From assembly GCA_003818205.1 (NCBI GenBank), contig RPRQ01000022.1, positions 71-64,070 of the forward strand: a stretch of 64,000 nt of DNA. Direction: 5' to 3'. Below, in pieces: positions 26,751 through 36,708 of the stretch. Each line of letters begins with the position of its first letter. The first letter of the stretch is position 1. The position numbers and the translations under genes are program-made. The DNA comes from Bacteroidales bacterium (GTDB lineage: Bacteria > Bacteroidota > Bacteroidia > Bacteroidales > Tenuifilaceae). The notes beneath the pieces are model-generated. The model was not told where the DNA came from. It searched no databases and saw only the letters and a list, made by a program, of their open reading frames with translations.

Positions 26751-27196
26751 TGAAAAAAGAAAATGCACAAATAGGTTTTGCGTTGTTAGGTATTAAGACT
26801 GAGCAATTTGCAGTTTTCGAAGAAAATTATAACCCTAAACAAGAAACCGGTTTGGGTTTAGAAATTCAATACAAAATAAACAAATCCAACAACCAAATTG
26901 GCGTTTTTTTAGGATTTGAATTTATTCAATCAAAAAAAGTATTTATTAAAGTAATTGTGAGTTGTCACTTCAAAATTGAAGAAAATTCTTGGAAGAGTTT
27001 TCTTCAAGAAAAAGAAACTAAGTTAGTTGTTCCAAGAGGTTTTCTTGAACACCTAGCAATGATTGCTACAGGTACAACTAGAGGTGTTTTATTTGCAAAA
27101 ACAGAAGGAACCGAGTTTTCAAAATTTATCATCCCAACTTTAAATGTTGCCAAAATGATAAAAGAAGATGCCATATTCGAAATAGGGAATGAATAG
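26750..27196 (+). CDS. Possible SecB-like chaperone
   Basis: At 148 aa, the order of segments parallels E. coli SecB. FALLGIKTEQFAVFE lines up with FQIQRIYTKDISFE. The central strands are VFIKVIVSCHFKIE. FIIPTLNVAKMI lines up with LAPVNFDALF. This is similarity by eye only. Confidence 0.4.
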   Translation: MKKENAQIGFALLGIKTEQFAVFEENYNPKQETGLGLEIQYKINKSNNQIGVFLGFEFIQSKKVFIKVIVSCHFKIEENSWKSFLQEKETKLVVPRGFLEHLAMIATGTTRGVLFAKTEGTEFSKFIIPTLNVAKMIKEDAIFEIGNE

Positions 27197-27459
27197 TTGC
27201 AATTTACGAATTAATTAAAACACTCGTTGCCAACATAGATTCACTGATTATGAAAGAGATGTAATACCAAACTGCTAATATGATATTGAAAATAATTATG
27301 TTAGCGAATCGGTATAAATTAGAAAATCTGTGAACAAAGCGAAGCGATTTCATGAACACCTTATAAAAAATGACAATTTGTGAATAATCAGTGGCAATAT
27401 TTACTGTAAAGACAGACTCTAATTAACTGGTAGATTTTTTTTGTATTTTAAACTATTTT

Positions 27460-29313
27460 ATGAGAACAGTTAAAGGACTTGTTTTGAGATTATGGTTTCC
27501 AAAAATTAATTTTCAGAAGCGAAGATTTGCGAGTTCTCTTTTATATCCTGGGGCATTTTTTCAGCTACCTATAACCCAATTATTATTACTCTTACTCCTT
27601 GTTTTGCCAATATTTGTCAATGGGCAAGAAAGTATAAATGAATTTGAAGTTTTAGCCAATGAGTATCTAAATCAAGGGAAATACAAACAAGCTGCGGAAT
27701 CTTTCAACAAATCAGGCTACGATTATCGGAATAGAGGGAATAAAAGGAAGGCTGCCGATGTATTTGAGAAAGCGTATAAACTTTTCGATAAAGAGGGTAA
27801 CGATAATGTATCAATCGAAATCAGTAACAACCTAGGCATAGTATATCTCGACGAAAATAAATACGCAAACGCATACACTGCTTTCTCCAATACGTTAAAA
27901 CATGCTCGAAGAGTAAAGGATACGACCGAAATATTTAATTCATTAATCAATGTAGGTAGTTTAGCTATTGAATTATCATTATATTCCAATGCTATTGATA
28001 AAGTGAATGAAGCGCTAGGGATAGCAAAAGAACGGAACAATAATAAATATTTAAAAGAATGTTACAGTTTACTTGCAAGGAGCTATGAGAGAATTGGAAA
28101 TACTTCAAGTGCAAACGAGTTTTACAAGCTATACTCGATTATTGATCAGCAAATTAATAATATTGAGCCTGAAGAAATAAGTTCAGCTTCGAATAATAAG
28201 TTTAGCATATTGAAAAAAGAGAGGCAGATAGCAGAAATTCGACCAAAATTTAAAAATGGAGAATTGAGGTTAACTCCAGATTCAATGGCAAGGATATCAC
28301 AATTACTTCAACAAATGTTAACGCAAATAGGGCTTCGTAACTCACAGCTCAGACAGAAAGAGATACAACTACAGTACGAGAAACATATACGCAGAACCCT
28401 TATTATTGGAATTATTGTAGTTTTAATCTTCCTGGTCATACTCGGTTTTTTACTCAGACAGAAACAGCTCTATAATAAAATATTAAAGCAGCAAAAGGAG
28501 GAAATTACGCAACAGCGAAATAAACTCGATGTTCAGAATAAAAAAATAACAGACAGTATTTACTTCGGGTTACGTATTCAACAGGCTATTTTACCAAGAA
28601 TGAAAGAATTAAATAAGGTCTTTGAAACATTACTTATTTATAAGGCAAAGGATATAGTGTCAGGCGATTTCTATTGGTATCACGAATCAATTATTGATGA
28701 AGTAACATATCATTTTATTGCTGTAGTAGATTGTACTGGGCATGGCGTGCCAGGCGCTTTTATGTCCATTATTGGAAACAGGATACTTAACGAGATTATA
28801 ATAGAACGTAGAATTTTTAACCCCTCTGAAATTTTAATTGAAGTCAATAAGCTTCTCAGGAGGGATCTGGAACAGGACAACAATAAAACAATAAGCGGAA
28901 TGGATATCGCTCTGTGTCGGATTTCTTTTAACAATGGATATAACGAACTTGCTTTTTCAGGAGCTAAACGTGAGATTATCATATATAAAGCGAATACTGG
29001 TACACAGGAAATAATACATGGAGATAAATTATCGATTGGTTGCTTAACATCTGGGAAAACAAATATCTTTAATGAAACGAAAAGAGATATTGATGCTGGT
29101 GATATTATTTTTATGTTTACCGATGGTATTATCGACCAGCCAAATATAGAAAGAAAACGATTTGGCACAGAACGATTTATGAACTTTATAGCTGAAAATA
29201 TTGATTCCTCTATGGATAATATTGAATCGTCTCTTGAGTCATTAATTGACAATTATAAGGAGTCGGAAGAACAGAGGGATGATATTACTGTTTTGGGTAT
29301 TAAATTGAAATAG
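27460..29313 (+). CDS. Transmembrane TPR-sensor PP2C/SpoIIE phosphatase (SiaA/RsbU-like)
   Basis: It has a signal/anchor, TPR-like repeats and a TM helix (TLIIGIIVVLIFLVILGFLL). PP2C motifs follow: VSGDFYWY, VDCTGHGVPGA, MFTDGIIDQ and DDITVLGIKL. Confidence 0.85.
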   Translation: MRTVKGLVLRLWFPKINFQKRRFASSLLYPGAFFQLPITQLLLLLLLVLPIFVNGQESINEFEVLANEYLNQGKYKQAAESFNKSGYDYRNRGNKRKAADVFEKAYKLFDKEGNDNVSIEISNNLGIVYLDENKYANAYTAFSNTLKHARRVKDTTEIFNSLINVGSLAIELSLYSNAIDKVNEALGIAKERNNNKYLKECYSLLARSYERIGNTSSANEFYKLYSIIDQQINNIEPEEISSASNNKFSILKKERQIAEIRPKFKNGELRLTPDSMARISQLLQQMLTQIGLRNSQLRQKEIQLQYEKHIRRTLIIGIIVVLIFLVILGFLLRQKQLYNKILKQQKEEITQQRNKLDVQNKKITDSIYFGLRIQQAILPRMKELNKVFETLLIYKAKDIVSGDFYWYHESIIDEVTYHFIAVVDCTGHGVPGAFMSIIGNRILNEIIIERRIFNPSEILIEVNKLLRRDLEQDNNKTISGMDIALCRISFNNGYNELAFSGAKREIIIYKANTGTQEIIHGDKLSIGCLTSGKTNIFNETKRDIDAGDIIFMFTDGIIDQPNIERKRFGTERFMNFIAENIDSSMDNIESSLESLIDNYKESEEQRDDITVLGIKLK

Positions 29314-29321
29314 ATAGAAAA

Positions 29322-29843
29322 GTGGCTTTATCAAGTACATATAACGATTTATTAATCTCGTATTACGGGCCTTTCAGTATGCGAATAATCTCCACAATTG
29401 GTAAACATCTCACTGAAAACATAAATGCATCAGAAATTACGAAGATGAAGCTGTATAGGGTGTTTATTGAACTCTGTCAAAATGTTGCACGCTATTCAGC
29501 TGAAAGACATGTTTTACTTGATAGCTCAATTATTGGTGTAGGAACCATTCATATTCAAAATAACGACTTGTATTTCAAATGCACAACAGTAAATAGGATT
29601 TTAAGCGAACATCAAAATGTATTAATAAAGAATTGTCGTGAAATTAACAGCTCTACAAAAGAAGACCTGAAAAAAAGAAAAGAAAAGTTTCGAAAAGAAT
29701 CTACTATTCTTGATACTGGAGCTCACATTGGTTTAATAGCAGTATGCTTGTATTCAGAAAATCAATTTGAATTCGACGTTACAGATAACCCTGAAAACAG
29801 TGCTACCTATTTTTCAATTACTGCAACTATCAATAAAACATAG
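29322..29843 (+). CDS. SiaB-like small protein kinase (RsbW/GHKL-type)
   Basis: Its position between a PP2C gene and a DUF1987 gene fits. It has an N-box-like FIELCQNVARYS and a G-box-like LDTGAHIGL. The GTG start lies 8 nt after the upstream stop, so the start is uncertain. Confidence 0.55.
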   Translation: MALSSTYNDLLISYYGPFSMRIISTIGKHLTENINASEITKMKLYRVFIELCQNVARYSAERHVLLDSSIIGVGTIHIQNNDLYFKCTTVNRILSEHQNVLIKNCREINSSTKEDLKKRKEKFRKESTILDTGAHIGLIAVCLYSENQFEFDVTDNPENSATYFSITATINKT

Positions 29844-29918
29844 AATGCAACGATCATATCTTTTCAAAATATAAATTATCTTTACAAAACGGAAAGAAAT
29901 CATTAAATAACAAGTAGA

Positions 29919-30308
29919 ATGGAAAGCCTATATATCAATAGTTATCCCGATTTGGTTTTTTTCCCCATTGTTGATTTTAAATACCAAACTGGGGTGTGTG
30001 AAATTTCAGGTGAATCGTACATGGAGGATACTTATAGTTTTTATGAACCTGTAATTATCTGGCTAAGGGAATATATGCAGGAGAAAAAACCAATCATCTT
30101 TAATGTTAAGTTAACCTATTTCAATACCAGCTCATCCAGATTTATACTTGAAATGCTTGATTTATTCAAAAAATACCTGAATGAAGGGAATCAAGTTATT
30201 GTTAACTGGTACTATAAAAAGGACGATCCCGATATGTTAACAGAAATCAACGAATTAATCGATGAGTCTGGAGTCGACATCAATATTTATACAGTAACCC
30301 TTCAATAA
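29919..30308 (+). CDS. SiaC-family / DUF1987 regulatory phosphoprotein
   Basis: At 129 aa, it carries the hallmark KLTYFNTSSSRFILEML and the C-terminal WYYKKDDPDM. Confidence 0.75.
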   Translation: MESLYINSYPDLVFFPIVDFKYQTGVCEISGESYMEDTYSFYEPVIIWLREYMQEKKPIIFNVKLTYFNTSSSRFILEMLDLFKKYLNEGNQVIVNWYYKKDDPDMLTEINELIDESGVDINIYTVTLQ

Positions 30309-30466
30309 TAACTTTTTAACGAATTTACTCGTCAACTTATCCGCTATTGGTAACCCAAAACTTACCCTAATTGCCTAATTATCAAATTATCAAATTGTCA
30401 AATTATCATATTAATAAATTTTCAAATTAAACATCCTATCTTTGCGCCCCGAAAGAGATTCCTAAA

Positions 30467-32047
30467 ATGAGTTTAGAAAAAGAGATAAAAAGGCGTAGAA
30501 CCTTTGCCATTATTAGCCACCCCGATGCTGGTAAAACCACTTTAACCGAAAAATTGCTTCTTTTTGGGGGGGCAATCCATATTGCGGGTGCGGTAAAAAG
30601 TAATAAGATTAAGAAAACCGCAACCTCCGACTTTATGGAGATTGAGCGTCAGCGCGGTATTTCGGTTTCGACCGCCGTAATGGGTTTTGAGTATAAAGAT
30701 GTCAAGATAAATATCCTCGATACCCCTGGCCACGAGGACTTTGCTGAGGATACCTACCGTACGCTAACAGCTGTAGATAGCGTAATCATTGTAATCGATC
30801 AAGCTAAAGGCGTTGAGACGCAAACCCGCAAGCTGATGAACGTTTGCCGGATGCGAAACACTCCGGTAATTGTATTTATCAATAAGATGGATCGAAATGG
30901 TAAAGATCCATTCGAGCTACTCGATGAGATTGAAAGCGAGCTGAAGATTAAGGTTCGCCCATTAAGCTGGCCCATCAGTTCTGGTCCAACATTTAAGGGG
31001 GTTTACAACCTTTTTGAGCAGAAGCTTTGCCTATTCTTCTCGGAGGACAAGCAATCATTATCCGATGATGTCATTAAATTTGATGATGTTAATAGCCCTG
31101 AGCTCGATCAGTATATCAAACCCTTCACCGATAGATTTAGAGAGGAATTGGAGCTCGTTAAAGGTGTCTATCACGATTTTGAAATTAACAGGTATTTGAG
31201 CGGAGAGCTCGCTCCCGTATTCTTCGGTAGCGCATTGAATAATTTTGGGGTACAGGAGCTGCTCGATTGCTTTATCCAAATTGCACCACATCCACGACCT
31301 ACGGTTACTGATGCTCGTGAAATTTCACCATTTGAGGAGAAATTAACAGGCTTCGTTTTCAAGATATTCGCCAATATGGATCCAAACCACAGGGATCGAT
31401 TGGCTTTCCTAAAGATATGCTCTGGTACTTTTGAAAGGAATAAGTTCTTTCACCATGTAAGGCTCGATAAGAATTTCAAATTCTCAAGTCCAAACGCCTT
31501 TATGGCCGATAAAAAATCGATTGTCGATTTTGCATATCCAGGCGATATCATTGGTCTGCACGATACAGGTAGCTTTAGAATTGGTGATACGCTAACCGAA
31601 GGAGAAATACTTAAATTTAAAGGTATCCCAAATTTTTCACCCGAGCTATTCCGCTATATCGAGAATGCTGACCCAATGAAGTCAAAACAACTTGCGAAGG
31701 GTGTCGATCAGCTAATGGACGAAGGGGTTGCTCAGCTATTTATCCAGAAATCTAATGGCCGTAAGATTATTGGAACCGTTGGTGCGCTCCAGTTTGAGGT
31801 CATTCAGCATCGCTTGGAGCATGAGTATAGCGCAACCTGTAGGTACGAATCAATCAGCTTGCATAAGGCATGCTGGATTGAGAGCGATAATAAGACCCAA
31901 ATTGAAGATTTCCGCAAGCGTAAATTCAACAACCTTGCAGTTGATAAGCATGGTAGAGAGGTTTTTCTAGCCGATTCACCATACTCTTTACAAATGGCAC
32001 AGGAGAAATTTCCGGATATTAAATTCTATTTTACCTCGGAATTCTGA
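30467..32047 (+). CDS. prfC: Peptide chain release factor 3
   Basis: [37 protein letters not shown] and NKMDR are present, and the full length (526 aa) fits. Confidence 0.95.
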   Translation: MSLEKEIKRRRTFAIISHPDAGKTTLTEKLLLFGGAIHIAGAVKSNKIKKTATSDFMEIERQRGISVSTAVMGFEYKDVKINILDTPGHEDFAEDTYRTLTAVDSVIIVIDQAKGVETQTRKLMNVCRMRNTPVIVFINKMDRNGKDPFELLDEIESELKIKVRPLSWPISSGPTFKGVYNLFEQKLCLFFSEDKQSLSDDVIKFDDVNSPELDQYIKPFTDRFREELELVKGVYHDFEINRYLSGELAPVFFGSALNNFGVQELLDCFIQIAPHPRPTVTDAREISPFEEKLTGFVFKIFANMDPNHRDRLAFLKICSGTFERNKFFHHVRLDKNFKFSSPNAFMADKKSIVDFAYPGDIIGLHDTGSFRIGDTLTEGEILKFKGIPNFSPELFRYIENADPMKSKQLAKGVDQLMDEGVAQLFIQKSNGRKIIGTVGALQFEVIQHRLEHEYSATCRYESISLHKACWIESDNKTQIEDFRKRKFNNLAVDKHGREVFLADSPYSLQMAQEKFPDIKFYFTSEF

Positions 32048-32124
32048 GAATCTAAACGCAAAGACACGAAGACGCAAAGTATATATTTTCTTAGCGTTGT
32101 TGCGACTTAGCATTTAGTTTTTGA

Positions 32125-33681
32125 TTAATAAAAATGCCTTATCCGTTTCTGAGTTTTTTCCTGTATTACTTCCTGAACATTTCTCCTTTCTATCTTGCTC
32201 TCAAGCCACGAAAGGATATCAAAATACATGAAAGCTCTCTTCTCGTAGGTTGTTTGCTCCAGCGGTAACAGCTGGTCGTGCAAATCTTGGAAAGCCTCGG
32301 GCAGCTGAGCAGGGGTGATGCTTCCCAATCGTTTTAGGAATTTAAGAACAATCTTTTGGAAAAGGTGTAAATCCTCCTTTTTAGCCAAAAATCTGTATGT
32401 TGATTTTATATGGTAATCGATTAAATCCATATTTTTCAGCTCGTAATGGCTTATAAGGCTCAGGATACGTGCAAAACATAGTATATCTGAGCGTAAATCC
32501 AAATCCTTATCATTTATAACCTGGTTAAGCCAATAGATAACCTTGCTGTGTTGGCTATCGCCAAAATACATACAGGCGAACTTGTAGTAGAATATAAGGA
32601 TGTAGTGCTTATCAAGCCTATCCCTAAACTTCTCTAGGTCTTCTGAAATCTCAGGAATAGTCTTTGTTCCCTCGGTAAATTCGCCAAGTAAAAAGTATTT
32701 ATTGATTTTATGGGTTGACCCATATTTAAATAGGAGTAATTCTATATTCGGTGTAACCGTCAAATCAGGAACATTTGCTATTGAATCGAATTTTTCCACC
32801 GTAACAAGGAATTCATCGTATTTCGAAAGCTTCTCCTGTGCCAAAAGCAGATTGTTAATCGACTTGATGTACATCTCTATCTTAGGCAGGATATACTGTG
32901 GATTCGAATCAAATAACGACACCATCTTTTGTGCATACTCGTATCCCCGTTGAAAATCTTGGGTGAAGAAGTAGTAGCCCGTGAATGTATTATAAAGGTG
33001 CATCTTCTCGGTAAACGATAGGAGCTCCTCCTTAAAAACGGGTAATGTACTGTAAAGAAAACTGTTGGCTAGTTCAAACTCCTTTTGATTTCGTATAAAC
33101 CCTATCTTAATGTAGAACGAGTATAGCTTAAGCGTTAGATTCGAAAAATCTGAGATATTCGAAAGTTTATCCTTTAACGAATCTATCTCGCATATCAATC
33201 TGGTTACATGCTCCTCGATGTTTGTCTTTATAAACCTAGTTACTAGCTTCTTTTCCAAATCCAATATCTCATAAAGCAGATAATTCTTATCGTATTTAAT
33301 GGCTAACGCCTTTGCCTTTTCGAGCATCTTAATGCTCTGATCGTACAAACACCTATTATATAGAAGTTGAGTATAGTCAACCATCTCTCGAATAGTTAAG
33401 TAAATGCTATTCTCCGGATTAGTAATTCGCAAGCTCTGTAGAATCTGTTTATACAGGTGAGCCTTAAGGTTCGATAGCTGGGCTGGTTTAAGCTCTTTCT
33501 CTTTCTCTAGGATTTTCTCCTCATCGTACTCCTTATGCTTATCGATATAATCGAAAAGGATGATATACTTTAAATCTTCGGGGTTACCGTTACGGGAGGC
33601 GTAAATCTTGAACGAACGCTTCTCTGCTTTGGTTAACGATTTAATTAGGTAGTATAAAGGGTCGATATTGCCGTTGGACAT
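32125..33681 (-). CDS. Hypothetical alpha-helical (TPR-like) protein
   Basis: It is a long uninterrupted ORF with repetitive helical character. I recognise no motif. Confidence 0.4.
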   Translation of the reverse strand: MSNGNIDPLYYLIKSLTKAEKRSFKIYASRNGNPEDLKYIILFDYIDKHKEYDEEKILEKEKELKPAQLSNLKAHLYKQILQSLRITNPENSIYLTIREMVDYTQLLYNRCLYDQSIKMLEKAKALAIKYDKNYLLYEILDLEKKLVTRFIKTNIEEHVTRLICEIDSLKDKLSNISDFSNLTLKLYSFYIKIGFIRNQKEFELANSFLYSTLPVFKEELLSFTEKMHLYNTFTGYYFFTQDFQRGYEYAQKMVSLFDSNPQYILPKIEMYIKSINNLLLAQEKLSKYDEFLVTVEKFDSIANVPDLTVTPNIELLLFKYGSTHKINKYFLLGEFTEGTKTIPEISEDLEKFRDRLDKHYILIFYYKFACMYFGDSQHSKVIYWLNQVINDKDLDLRSDILCFARILSLISHYELKNMDLIDYHIKSTYRFLAKKEDLHLFQKIVLKFLKRLGSITPAQLPEAFQDLHDQLLPLEQTTYEKRAFMYFDILSWLESKIERRNVQEVIQEKTQKRIRHFY

Positions 33682-33858
33682 TGTAAACTCTCCTTAAATT
33701 AGTTTTAATATAATAATTTAATTATCAGCAGTATATAATGCTCCGTATATACATAAGTGTGATTTTGTGAATCGTAAAAACCAAAATTTATGGTTTTGGA
33801 TGAGCATCAAAGGCGAATACTTTCGCCGCACAAGAGAGTGAACAAATATAAATAAATT

Positions 33859-35022
33859 ATGGGAAAACAAATTTTTATTTTTGATACAACCCTGCGCGAT
33901 GGAGAACAGTCGCCTGGTTGTAAGTTGAATAAAAATGAAAAATTGATTTTAGCTCAGGATTTGGAGCGGCTTGGTGTCGATGTTATCGAGGCTGGGTTTC
34001 CTATTTCAAGCCCTGGCGACTTTGATGCGGTTAAGGATATCGCTTCAATAATTAAATCGGCCACAGTTTGTGGGCTAACCCGAGCGATAAAAAAGGATAT
34101 CGAGGTTGCTGCTGATGCTTTAAAGGGTGCAAAAAGACCTAGAATTCACACCGGTATAGGTACATCCTTTTATCATATCCATCATAAGCTTCAGATTACC
34201 GAAGATCAGGTAATCGAAAGGGCTATTGAGGCTGTAAAGTATGCAAAAACCTTTGTGGAGGATGTTGAATTCTACGCCGAGGATGCAGGTAGAAGCGAGA
34301 ATGATTTCTTGGCAAGGGTTGTTGAAGCAGTAATTAAAGCAGGTGCAACCGTAGTTAATATCCCCGACACTACAGGTTACTGTTTGCCCGAGAACTACGG
34401 ACAAAAGATTAAATACCTTTTCGAGAATGTAAAGGGCATTCATAAGGTTACCATTTCAACGCATTGCCACAACGATTTGGGATTGGCAACTGCAAACTCC
34501 TTAGCAGGGGTTCAGAATGGTGCTCAGCAGGTAGAATGTACTATAAATGGCATAGGTGAGAGGGCTGGAAACACCTCGCTAGAGGAGGTTGTGATGATTC
34601 TAAAGCAGCACAAGGGGCTCGATTTCACTACCAATGTGAATAGCGAACAGCTAACCTCAATTAGCCGTAAAGTATCTGCTTTAATGAGAATGCCTGTTCA
34701 GTCGAATAAAGCAATAGTAGGAGTTAACGCTTTTGCGCACTCATCGGGAATTCATCAGGATGGGGTGATTAAGAATAGGCTAAACTACGAGATTATCGAC
34801 CCAAAATCGGTAGGTGCTGAGGAATCGGCCATAAAACTTACAGCACGCAGCGGTAGAGCAGCGCTAAAGTATAGACTTGAAAAGCTTGGCTATAACCCCA
34901 AGAAGGAGAAACTTGACTCTATCTACGCTGATTTTCTTAGTGTAGCCGACCTTAAAAAGGAGGTTGATGATAATGACCTAATAGGGTTGATGCACAAGGA
35001 GGCAATGCTGCCTGTAACCTAA
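33859..35022 (+). CDS. leuA: 2-isopropylmalate synthase family enzyme, short form lacking the C-terminal regulatory domain (LeuA, or citramalate/homocitrate synthase-like)
   Basis: [30 protein letters not shown] and HSSGIHQDG are present. It has only 387 aa and heads the leuCDB cluster. Confidence 0.75.
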   Translation: MGKQIFIFDTTLRDGEQSPGCKLNKNEKLILAQDLERLGVDVIEAGFPISSPGDFDAVKDIASIIKSATVCGLTRAIKKDIEVAADALKGAKRPRIHTGIGTSFYHIHHKLQITEDQVIERAIEAVKYAKTFVEDVEFYAEDAGRSENDFLARVVEAVIKAGATVVNIPDTTGYCLPENYGQKIKYLFENVKGIHKVTISTHCHNDLGLATANSLAGVQNGAQQVECTINGIGERAGNTSLEEVVMILKQHKGLDFTTNVNSEQLTSISRKVSALMRMPVQSNKAIVGVNAFAHSSGIHQDGVIKNRLNYEIIDPKSVGAEESAIKLTARSGRAALKYRLEKLGYNPKKEKLDSIYADFLSVADLKKEVDDNDLIGLMHKEAMLPVT

Positions 35023-35068
35023 CTCTAATTATGGTGCAGGTTTATTACTTATTACAATTTTAATTACA

Positions 35069-35172
35069 ATGGAAGGATGGAAAAATGGAATATTGCCTGC
35101 CGGTAGGCAGGGCAGACAGGGAAGAGAAAAGTTAGTATTAACTCCATCATTCCATTATTCCAACATTCCAAA
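35069..35172. repeat. GGAAT/GGAAG-word hairpin element with a nested CCTGCC palindrome in the loop (leuA-leuC spacer)
   Basis: The left arm is atggaaggatggaaaaatggaatattg. The nested insert is cctgccggtaggcagggcag. The right arm is tccatcattccattattccaacattccaaat. Confidence 0.75.
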
Positions 35173-35207
35173 TCTGTAAAACATTCGTTTTTTATAACTG
35201 TTTTTTC

Positions 35208-36587
35208 ATGAAAGGAAAAACTCTTTTCGACAAGATATGGGATTCGCACGTAGTTCATTCAATACCTGAAGGTCCTGATGTTCTATATATCGACAGACAC
35301 TATATTCACGAAGTTACTAGCCCACAGGCGTTTGATGGGTTAGGTCGCCGTAAGGTTAAAGTTTTTAGACCAAGGCAAACAACTGCCACTGCTGATCATA
35401 ATGTGCCTACAATCAATCAGCACCTTGAGGTTAAAGATTTACTTTCCCGCACGCAGCTTGATAAGCTAAAGGAGAATTGCGATAATCATGACATTGAATT
35501 GTACGATCTAAATCACGAATTCAATGGGATTGTTCATGTCATTGGTCCTGAATTAGGTTATACACAGCCAGGAATGACAATAGTTTGCGGCGATAGCCAT
35601 ACATCAACCCATGGTGCTTTTGGTGCTATTGCATTTGGTATCGGCACGAGCGAGGTCGAGATGGTGCTGGCAACTCAAACCATTCTTCAGTATAAACCTC
35701 TAAGGATGAGGATTAACGTTGAGGGTACAATCCAAAAGGGTGTTACCTCAAAGGATATTATCCTCTATATAATTCAAACATTAGGTGTTGATGGGTCAAC
35801 TGGCTATTTTGTTGAATATGCGGGCAGTGTTATTCGCTCAATGTCCATGGAGGGAAGAATGACGGTTTGTAACATGAGCATCGAGATGGGAGCAAGGGGT
35901 GGTTTGATTGCCCCCGATGGAATTACTGAAAAATATATAAAGAATAGGCAATTCAGTAAAGGTAAGATTGATTACATCGACTACAAAACCGATGATAATG
36001 CCACTTTTGATAAAGAGGTAAGTATCGATATTTCTACTTTAGAGCCAATTGTTACCTATGGTACAAATCCAGCAATGAGCATTCCAATTAGCAAGGGAAT
36101 ACCAAAACTTGAAAACCTAAATGAAAACGATCGAGAGAGCCTAAGCAAATCATTAAGGTATATGGGCTTTCGTTCGGGTCAAAGAATTGAGGGTGAAAAG
36201 GTCAGCTATATCTTTATCGGTAGCTGTACTAATGGACGAATCGAAGATCTGCGCGATGCAGCAAAAATCTTAAAGGGTCGTAAGGTTGCTGATAATGTAA
36301 CGGTTTGGATTGTTCCGGGCTCCAATCAGGTTGCTTTGCAGGCAAAGCAAGAAGGGCTCGATAAAATATTTAGCGATGCTGGTGCAGCAATGCGCCAACC
36401 AGGGTGCTCTGCATGTCTCGCCATGAACGATGATAAGGTTCCTGCTGGTGAAATATGTATCGCCACATCCAATAGAAATTTTGAAGGCCGACAAGGAGTT
36501 GGAGCAAAGACAATACTTTCAAGTCCTCTTACAGCAGCAGCATCGGCAGTTACAGGTATAATAACCGATCCAAGGGTTTTTCTTTGA
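35208..36587 (+). CDS. leuC: 3-isopropylmalate dehydratase large subunit
   Basis: LFDKIWDSHVV, HEVTSPQAF, GDSHTSTHGAFG and the CSACL/SNRNFEGRQG cluster motifs are present. Confidence 0.95.
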   Translation: MKGKTLFDKIWDSHVVHSIPEGPDVLYIDRHYIHEVTSPQAFDGLGRRKVKVFRPRQTTATADHNVPTINQHLEVKDLLSRTQLDKLKENCDNHDIELYDLNHEFNGIVHVIGPELGYTQPGMTIVCGDSHTSTHGAFGAIAFGIGTSEVEMVLATQTILQYKPLRMRINVEGTIQKGVTSKDIILYIIQTLGVDGSTGYFVEYAGSVIRSMSMEGRMTVCNMSIEMGARGGLIAPDGITEKYIKNRQFSKGKIDYIDYKTDDNATFDKEVSIDISTLEPIVTYGTNPAMSIPISKGIPKLENLNENDRESLSKSLRYMGFRSGQRIEGEKVSYIFIGSCTNGRIEDLRDAAKILKGRKVADNVTVWIVPGSNQVALQAKQEGLDKIFSDAGAAMRQPGCSACLAMNDDKVPAGEICIATSNRNFEGRQGVGAKTILSSPLTAAASAVTGIITDPRVFL

Positions 36588-36605
36588 ATTTGGGATAGTT
36601 ATTTA

Positions 36606-36681
36606 ATGGAAGAATGGAGTATTGGAGTTTTCGAAATTAAATGGTAGTACAACCCATCATTCCATCGTTCCAATATTCCAA
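36606..36681. repeat. GGAAT-word hairpin element (leuC-leuD spacer)
   Basis: The arms are atggaagaatggagtattgga and catcattccatcgttccaatattccaac. Confidence 0.75.
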
Positions 36682-36708
36682 CAAAAACTATAATAAATTT
36701 ATAAAACT

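Noticed and set aside
28710-29252. 180-aa minus-strand ORF, and other long antisense ORFs (for example 7838-8194, 17135-17593, 55203-55547, 34120-34443)
   Set aside because: They lie entirely antisense to well-supported CDSs with clear family motifs. Their translations are low-complexity and have no recognisable domains.
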